From a virus, in IMG/VR virus record IMGVR_UViG_3300014913_000006: 64,000 nucleotides of DNA; one strand, given 5' to 3'. Both the position numbers and the translations under genes were made by a program. Each line of letters begins with the position of its first letter. Position 1 is the first letter of the stretch. The notes beneath the pieces are model-generated. The model worked only from the letters and a program-made list of their open reading frames with translations. It was not told the DNA's origin and did not search any database. Positions 57,977 to 64,000 of this stretch are shown here, piece by piece.

Positions 57977-58300
57977 ATCAGCCGATCTCCAGCCAAATCT
58001 CGTACCGTCCATGCTAAATACGCTTCCCGTTCTTCATCGCCCACGATCCATGCTAGTCGTTGGCACGATTGTACCCCCATCCGAAATCTGGTTCCATGAG
58101 ACGGACCGGAGGGGGTGCTGGTTTGTCGGTGATCTGCCATAAAGCGATGCCAGACGACAAAGTGAGCAGCCATCCAAACAGAGCAATCCAGAGGCAAGCT
58201 CGTAGACCCTTGATGGTCTTACGTTGTGTCTCGACAAGAGCCCGTGCCTCTTTGAGTTCTTCCCTCAATCCCGAAGTCCAATGCATACTTTCCATACCCC

Positions 58301-58329
58301 ATTATACGTACAACTCGACCCTGTGTTGC
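58301..58329 (-). promoter_or_regulatory. Class A promoter GCAAC-N18-TATAAT
   Basis: GCAAC ACAGGGTCGAGTTGTACG TATAAT. Confidence 0.75.
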
Positions 58330-58502
58330 CAACAAATCCAATTTATTCCTACTTGCACTGGTCAGGATGATCCTGCTTGTACTGTTCCCACTCACGCTGT
58401 TTGTAGTTCGCCGGGGTATGCGGGTCTTCCGGCCACCACCATGAGAACGGGCGCGGAGGGGCACATCCGGTCAGGAGCAGGACGACAATCAGACCGATAA
58501 TC

Positions 58503-59222
58503 CTACTTCGCATTGGGACACCCCGGCCAGTGATAGCTTTGCGCGGCAGCGGCCATGTCTATGAGATACCACTTACCCTCTTTCTCAGACCAGAGCCAGT
58601 CGATGGACCATTCTTCACCAAGCTCTCCCCCGACTTCGCTGCTGAGTCCCGATAACAGACTGACTTCATCTTCATCCTCGACGTTGATTGCAGCCAGAAG
58701 CTCTTCCCAGTTGAAGGGCTCGTTGCCTCGCAAGAATGCTTCTCGTGGCCAGTAAGGGTGATGACACACCACTGTTGCGTCACGCACGAAATACCGACGC
58801 TCTTTGACAATCGGCATATCACCCGGAAAGGCAATGAACGCAGCCAGGGTCGGCAGAAGATTCCTTACAACCCAACAGTCGGTCGGGAAGCCCATCATGT
58901 CTGCCATAGCACTCTCTTCAACCAGACGAAAGACGTGGTCGCTGACATCGGTCGATGCGGGTATGTGGCAGGTGTTCTTCCAGTTGTGCTTACCACTCAG
59001 GTAGTCCGTTCGCAGAAACATCGGCCATCCAAGTTTGTAGCCAGCCTGGGTGATGTCCGCAATCAGAATGTCGAAGCCCTCTGGGATTTTGCCGTCCAGG
59101 AGGTTGATCAGGTCTTCCCCGGTATACGGAATGATCGTGGTCTCTGGTGTCGAGATATGCGACGGCAGCTTCGGGTACCAGTACGAAAGCCGGTTGCGGT
59201 CTTCAGGGCGTCCTCTGTTCAT
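58503..59222 (-). CDS. Second ATP-grasp-like (R2K / D123-like) protein
   Basis: PMFLRTDYLSGKH.W, ERRYFV, HHPYWP, WSIDW...WYLIDM. Confidence 0.7.
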   Translation of the reverse strand: MNRGRPEDRNRLSYWYPKLPSHISTPETTIIPYTGEDLINLLDGKIPEGFDILIADITQAGYKLGWPMFLRTDYLSGKHNWKNTCHIPASTDVSDHVFRLVEESAMADMMGFPTDCWVVRNLLPTLAAFIAFPGDMPIVKERRYFVRDATVVCHHPYWPREAFLRGNEPFNWEELLAAINVEDEDEVSLLSGLSSEVGGELGEEWSIDWLWSEKEGKWYLIDMAAAAQSYHWPGCPNAK

Positions 59223-59234
59223 GTTTTCTTCCAA

Positions 59235-59305
59235 AGCCGGGAGCGGGTATCGAACCCATTGGGTATCAGCGTCCTGACCCCTAGCCGCCAGTTGGTTCTC
59301 CCGGC
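59235..59305 (-). ncRNA. 71-nt tRNA-like RNA lacking an anticodon loop
   Basis: GCCGGGAG/CTCCCGGC acceptor; D-like AACTGGC loop; GGGGTCAG-GACG-CTGATACCC hairpin; TGGG-TTCGATA-CCCG T arm. Confidence 0.65.
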
Positions 59306-59365
59306 AAGACACAAAAGGGCAATGGTTGTGCATCGCTCATGAGAGCAGACGTAGACTGCTATCTT

Positions 59366-59394
59366 ATTATACGTGCAACTGCCCTCCGCATTCC
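59366..59394 (-). promoter_or_regulatory. Class A promoter GGAAT-N18-TATAAT
   Basis: GGAAT GCGGAGGGCAGTTGCACG TATAAT. Confidence 0.7.
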
Positions 59395-59830
59395 ACCCAT
59401 CTCCGATTTTTTTTCAGGTGAAGGGCTGTCCGATAAGGCGGTTGATGCAGGTGCTCAGAAAAGGGGGGACCCCTGTTGTTGCCTAAAAGGCGGGGGTTGA
59501 AGTGGGTGTCAACTGTGCGGCATAAGGGTGAAGGACAAGGCGAGTGGTGCAAAGAAGAGTGTACACGAAAAGTGGGAACCAGTTGATTTTTCGAGCCTAC
59601 TATGACTAAGCCCCCATGCGTTATCGGACCCACCCCAGTTATCGGACCATTCTATTTATCGGGCGTAGCCCTCCAGGCCGAGTTATCGGACCTCCCACCC
59701 ACCAAACTTATCGGACCAACACACCTGATCCAATCCTGAAAAAATTATCGGATGCATGTGTTATAGGTCTATGCTCTTGCATGACATGCAAGGCAAGTTA
59801 TCGGACCCAAAAGATTCCTGTGCTTCCCCC

Positions 59831-59859
59831 TTGCTATCGTGTCGAACGTATCCTATACT
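59831..59859 (+). promoter_or_regulatory. sigma70-type promoter TTGCTA-N17-TATACT
   Basis: Canonical spacing; followed by an RBS and the ORF at 59902. Confidence 0.65.
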
Positions 59860-59901
59860 CTATTAGAACGAACGAACGAAACACAACGAAAGGAACGAAC
59901 G

Positions 59902-60063
59902 ATGAATTATCAGACGCTACTCGACAATACGATGCACTGGCTGTTCTCCGACCCTATGCACGCGGTGTGTGTTGTGGCTGGAATTGCTGTGCTAGGTGCG
60001 ATAAACGGGGTCCGCCTCAGCTTGAAACGTTGCAAAGGTCCGTATAACGGACGCATCCTGTAG
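59902..60063 (+). CDS. Small membrane protein (putative early gene)
   Basis: AAGGA RBS; one TM helix. Confidence 0.55.
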   Translation: MNYQTLLDNTMHWLFSDPMHAVCVVAGIAVLGAINGVRLSLKRCKGPYNGRIL

Positions 60064-60096
60064 GGTACGATAACCACCAGAACAAGGGGCGATAAC

Positions 60097-60333
60097 ATGA
60101 ACATGACACTCATCAAGTATCGGACCACCGAAACGCCCCATAATCAGTACGCTGTAGTGCCAACGATATGGGTATCGGACCTACTCCACTGGCTCACGTT
60201 ATCGGAATTAGCAGAGATTATCTCGACCGATAATAACTGTGACGATGGAGCTATCCTTCCGATAACATGGCCGAGTTATGAGACGTGCCGTGAGTGTATG
60301 AGAATATCGGACGTAGTGGCCTTGTGCCGATAA
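60097..60333 (+). CDS. Small hypothetical protein
   Basis: AGGGG RBS; motif-rich sequence. Confidence 0.45.
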   Translation: MNMTLIKYRTTETPHNQYAVVPTIWVSDLLHWLTLSELAEIISTDNNCDDGAILPITWPSYETCRECMRISDVVALCR

Positions 60334-60566
60334 TAAGGAGAACGCCATGTATGGTAAAGCTACGCTTGACATCCCAGCGGTTGGAGATATCGGACACTCA
60401 CACACAGAAGGACTATCGGACCTACCAAGACCAACAACGATACGGATAATATCGGACCATGCTCGGCTCGTTATCGGACCTTGGGCCGTGAGGCGTGTTA
60501 TGGGACGTGCGAGGTGAGTTTGTTATAGGGCGTTCCTTTTTTTCTGAAGATTGTTGGTTATGGGAC

Positions 60567-60595
60567 TTGACTTCTGGTCGCATGTATGCTATAAT
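60567..60595 (+). promoter_or_regulatory. sigma70 promoter TTGACT-N17-TATAAT
   Basis: Near-consensus with extended TG. Confidence 0.85.
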
Positions 60596-60620
60596 ATAGT
60601 GTACACGAAAGGAGACAATT

Positions 60621-60965
60621 ATGGGACCATTCGATGATCTCGGACCATACGCCGAAACTACGATAACGACAAGGAAAACGGACGCTGACAAGGCGACCGA
60701 TAATGAATCCCATTTCGGTCATCTTGTTATCGGAACCTTGTTGCTTGGTCCAGCATTATGGGTCGTTGTGTTTATGGGACTATTCTGCTGGAAGTATATC
60801 GGACCTCTCTCCGCTGCCGGTCTTATCGGACTAGGCTTCTGGGCGTGCGGACATTATGGGACTAACAGGTCGGTTCTGGACCGCTTCCGTTATCGGACCA
60901 CCAAGGCGCAGCGAGAGACAATCCAGCGCAGATTATCGGACATCAAAGATTCTGGAAGAAAGTAG
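60621..60965 (+). CDS. Membrane protein with 2 TM helices (putative early gene)
   Basis: AAGGAG RBS. Confidence 0.65.
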   Translation: MGPFDDLGPYAETTITTRKTDADKATDNESHFGHLVIGTLLLGPALWVVVFMGLFCWKYIGPLSAAGLIGLGFWACGHYGTNRSVLDRFRYRTTKAQRETIQRRLSDIKDSGRK

Positions 60966-60975
60966 GTTATCGGGT

Positions 60976-61004
60976 TTGACTTTTGGTCGTGCCGATGGTA
61001 TAAT
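60976..61004 (+). promoter_or_regulatory. sigma70 promoter TTGACT-N17-TATAAT
   Basis: Near-identical to 60567, including the downstream ATAGTGTA. Confidence 0.85.
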
Positions 61005-61054
61005 ATAGTGTAGGCGAAAACGAACGATTCTCGAACCTTTATGGGAGATTCACG

Positions 61055-61420
61055 ATGCAGAAAGTTATCGGACAGACGGGCACGAGTGTGCTATCGGACG
61101 AGAAAATCCAGTATAAGCTGGCGAGAAAGCGGACGGTCCGATATTGGTACATGAAGTGCCAGCATGGTTATCGGGCCGAGGTGGTTGGGCCATTTCACAG
61201 CGAACTTTATGGGGCGTGTGGTTTTGGGACCAAGAAGACTTCGGCTAAAGCCGCACTTGAACGGAACCTTGCCAACAACCAAGGTTATATCGGACGCTTG
61301 TTGTTCACGACCGTAGATGAAGCCGATAATGTTGGTCGTGTCGATCCAAGGTTATTGGACGAGAATGCGACATCACGACCGATAAGCAACGGCGAACTTA
61401 TCGGAAGCGCTGGGCAGTAG
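61055..61420 (+). CDS. Hypothetical protein (putative early gene)
   Basis: GGGAG RBS; 121 aa. Confidence 0.7.
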   Translation: MQKVIGQTGTSVLSDEKIQYKLARKRTVRYWYMKCQHGYRAEVVGPFHSELYGACGFGTKKTSAKAALERNLANNQGYIGRLLFTTVDEADNVGRVDPRLLDENATSRPISNGELIGSAGQ

Positions 61421-62186
61421 GTTCTCGGACGTAGGGCGGGGTGGGGTTTTCGGACCTTGCCCCGCTCGGTGGAGTGTGAGTTATGAGACTCTGGCGACTA
61501 TCGGACGAACAATGGTTTTGGCGCAAGACTGTATTTCTTGCGGTTCTGATAACCATAGCAATATGGTAGGAGTGATAACATGGCACGTTACCGGACCACA
61601 GCCAGGACCATCTGCCGTTATCGGACCTTGGGCCGTGAGGATATTATGGGACTTGTGCGATAACGTTTACCCTGTGTGTGTTCTAGTACATGGATTATCA
61701 CTCTGGTCCGGGAATATCGAATGTGAGTTTTTTGCGTGACATTATGGGACGTTATCGGACCTTCACCTCGGTCGGACGTTCCGAATTATCGGACGTTCCG
61801 CCGTGGGCGATTATGGGACGGGTCCGGGAACTAGTTTGGTGCGTGTGATAATATGGCCGTTTTTGAGCACGAGAACGCGGTTTTCGGGTTCTGGGACGTG
61901 CAGATTATCGGAAAGGGTAGATAATATCCCGGTTTTCGGCGTTTTCGCGGGTTATCGGACCAAAAGCGGCGCGAGTTATGAGACTCGCGTAACGTGTTTT
62001 ATCGGAACATCCGGTAATGTAGCGGTTTGGGGCGGATTGTGCGAGTTTTTATCGGCGAACGACCGATATGTGATCTCAGAAAACGGACGTAATCGCGACT
62101 TCGATATTATCGGGCGTTGCCTATAATATGTGCGTTTTTGGGCGATCAGGCGGGAAGTTATCGGCAAAAAATTCTGAGAATGAGTG

Positions 62187-62215
62187 TTGACGACTTGTAT
62201 AACTAACGGTATAAT
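62187..62215 (+). promoter_or_regulatory. sigma70 promoter TTGACG-N17-TATAAT
   Basis: Near-consensus; drives the structured leader, the 62441 ORF and probably the large ncRNA. Confidence 0.85.
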
Positions 62216-62440
62216 CTAATGTAGGACGAAACGATAACACAACGAAAAGAACGGACCGAAACGGTCCGCGTGTGTTATTGGACGCAAACCGACGCGGTTA
62301 TCACAACCGCCGATAATTAGTGGCCTGCGCAATGTAGGTCCGAATATGAGTTTCAGTACGAGTTCACTACTTGTCCGTCCGATAGTCTGGACGGTGTAGT
62401 CGTGGATTATCGGGCGGGCTTTGTCTCTGGGGAGATGATT

Positions 62441-62755
62441 ATGAGTCAGTCTGATAATGCTGGAACGTCGGTCGAGTTTGGTGCGAAGCAACTCCAGGCC
62501 AATGCTGCTGTCTACCATGGCGCGAAGCGGATCGTCGATGCCGCGTCTGGTTTCGACAGTCTCGATGACGCCGTCGCTGCGCTCACGGAAGCGTGGGAAG
62601 TCTTGGAGGCGCAGGTCGAGTCGGGCGCGGGATACACGCCCGATAGGGAGTTGGGCTTCGGGTCTGATAACGCCGCCGTGATTGCCGAGTCGATTCTCGG
62701 TCGTCGCAACAGCGTCGGCGCTACTCGCAGGGCGTTCAACAACATGGGCAAGTAG
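62441..62755 (+). CDS. Hypothetical helical protein
   Basis: GGGGAG RBS; strongly biased codons. Confidence 0.7.
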   Translation: MSQSDNAGTSVEFGAKQLQANAAVYHGAKRIVDAASGFDSLDDAVAALTEAWEVLEAQVESGAGYTPDRELGFGSDNAAVIAESILGRRNSVGATRRAFNNMGK

Positions 62756-62804
62756 TCTGCGGAGTGTCTGCCGCACCGCGCCCCTATCTTATGGGGCGTG
62801 GACC

Positions 62805-63455
62805 GATGGACATTCAGATGTAAAGTCTGGATTGAACCGCTTGGCTAGGACAACCTAGTCGTTATAGGCACCCAATATAGTGTCAGCGGTTCCCATAACC
62901 AATCACAGCGGGTGGTCCGTTAATCGCGCGACTATTCCCGGACGGGATTGGGTAGTAGTCCGATAGTCTGCCCAAGTAGGGTCTGTCGAGCGCGCAGGAT
63001 GTGCGTCTAGGGTCTGAACGGGGGTAACAGTTATCGGTCGAACTCCAGTCTTAGAGGCGACAAAACGCAGAGCCCCAGTCGTGGGCTCGGTCTGCGCCGT
63101 CAAAGCGTGGGCGGGATAAGTGGCGAATCGTCTGCACGATTCCTTGTATGTCTGGCAGGAACCCGATTCAGTGTCGGGTCGCAAGACAGAAAGGGCAGGT
63201 CGTGTTGACTATTCTACGGTTCGTCATGGTAATCCGTCTTCGTTGGTGTAGGCTCAAAAGGTTATTGTCGTGGGATAGGCATTTCCAGTAGCAAGTCTAG
63301 TTGATTTCGTCGCAACGATTTCTTTCGTAAAGGTCTGAAACGTCATTGCTGGTGGCGCTAGGGTCGGCGGGTTGGATAGCGGCGCGATCCCGATTTGCTG
63401 GTTAGGTCTTAGTCTGAGGCGCGCAACGGGTATTGCAGTCTCGGTCTTTGCTACC
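62805..63455 (+). ncRNA. Large structured ncRNA, GOLLD/ROOL-like
   Basis: No credible ORF; at least 10 helices; GCAA tetraloops; AGTA/GAA E-loop-like motifs; CTCAAAAGG and a 3' TCTCRGTCTT, which I recall from GOLLD-type phage RNAs. Confidence 0.6.
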
Positions 63456-64000
63456 ATATTGCTGAACGACACGACAGAACGGACGGGTTGAATAAACGGA
63501 ACAATTGCGCTGGCGCAACCGTCTCGACTCGATCAGTTCTAAAACAAAGGACCCAAGAAACTGTCCTGGAATCACAAACAGCCAGATTTTGTTTGCTAGG
63601 GCATGGTTCAATCGTTTTGTGGGCGCTGGTGCATAAGTCGTATGGGACCAGCAGGATTAGATTTGGTGGGGAATCTTGTCCACTCTTTTTTGAATGTGGC
63701 GACAATGGCAAAAAGTCCCTGATATGGCGCATGGGTCCAAGCCTCTATGGCATCGACTGTGTCGTCCTGTCGGGGATTTCTTGCTGCGCTGTTATCGACC
63801 CCTCTCAACTACAGTCGTCACCGAGAAACTATCCGGGGGTTTTTCAGAGACTTCCGGGGTTTTTTGTGGTAGTCTGGGCGAATCTCTGGCACTGGTACAA
63901 AATCCAGGTTCAAGAAACGCTGGCTCGCGTTGGCTTGGGGTTTGCTTGTTATGGGGGTTAGGTACCTGACTGGCACAAAACAGGGCTCACGGGTCCGAAA

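Larger units (their letters stand above)
59428..62415. repeat. Dense dispersed array of TTAT(C/G)GGAC motifs
   Basis: Manual count on the + strand: 14 exact TTATCGGAC, 8 TTATGGGAC, 10 VTATCGGAC, plus looser variants and some reverse copies. Confidence 0.9.

Noticed and set aside
59621-61960. DnaA boxes
   Set aside because: The motif shares only TTATC with TTATCCACA; the GGAC end is inconsistent with the canonical box.
59600-62400. CRISPR array
   Set aside because: Repeats are only ~9 nt, irregularly spaced and embedded in ORFs; no cas genes are present.
63488-63969. ORFs at the right end
   Set aside because: No RBS or coding-like composition; left unannotated.

Overview
A 64-kb segment of a large tailed dsDNA phage. 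No integrase or host housekeeping genes are visible. Several genes point to a Planctomycetota host, possibly Phycisphaerae. Layout: (1) 1-9.3 kb, minus strand: tRNA/RNA-repair region with an Rnl1-type RNA ligase, a radical SAM protein, 7 apparently intact tRNAs, a pseudo-tRNA, tRNA-like RNAs and many gene fragments. (2) 9.4-42 kb, minus strand: virion module with tail tube, neck proteins, a paralogous fibre/decoration family, capsid, protease-scaffold, portal and an intein-containing terminase, interleaved with Gmd, a glycosyltransferase, an FkbM methyltransferase, a sigma-like factor and many homing endonucleases. (3) 42-51 kb plus and 51-59.4 kb minus: accessory enzymes. (4) 59.4-64 kb: a putative early region with perfect sigma70 promoters, a dense field of TTAT(C/G)GGAC motifs and a ~650-nt structured GOLLD-like ncRNA. 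Top observations: a complete 1:2/2:3/3:4 ribosome-coupled attenuator in front of the tRNA + RNA ligase operon, anticodon-less tRNA-like RNAs, three distinct promoter classes and the motif field. All calls come from reading the sequence by eye; no database searches or folding programs were run.
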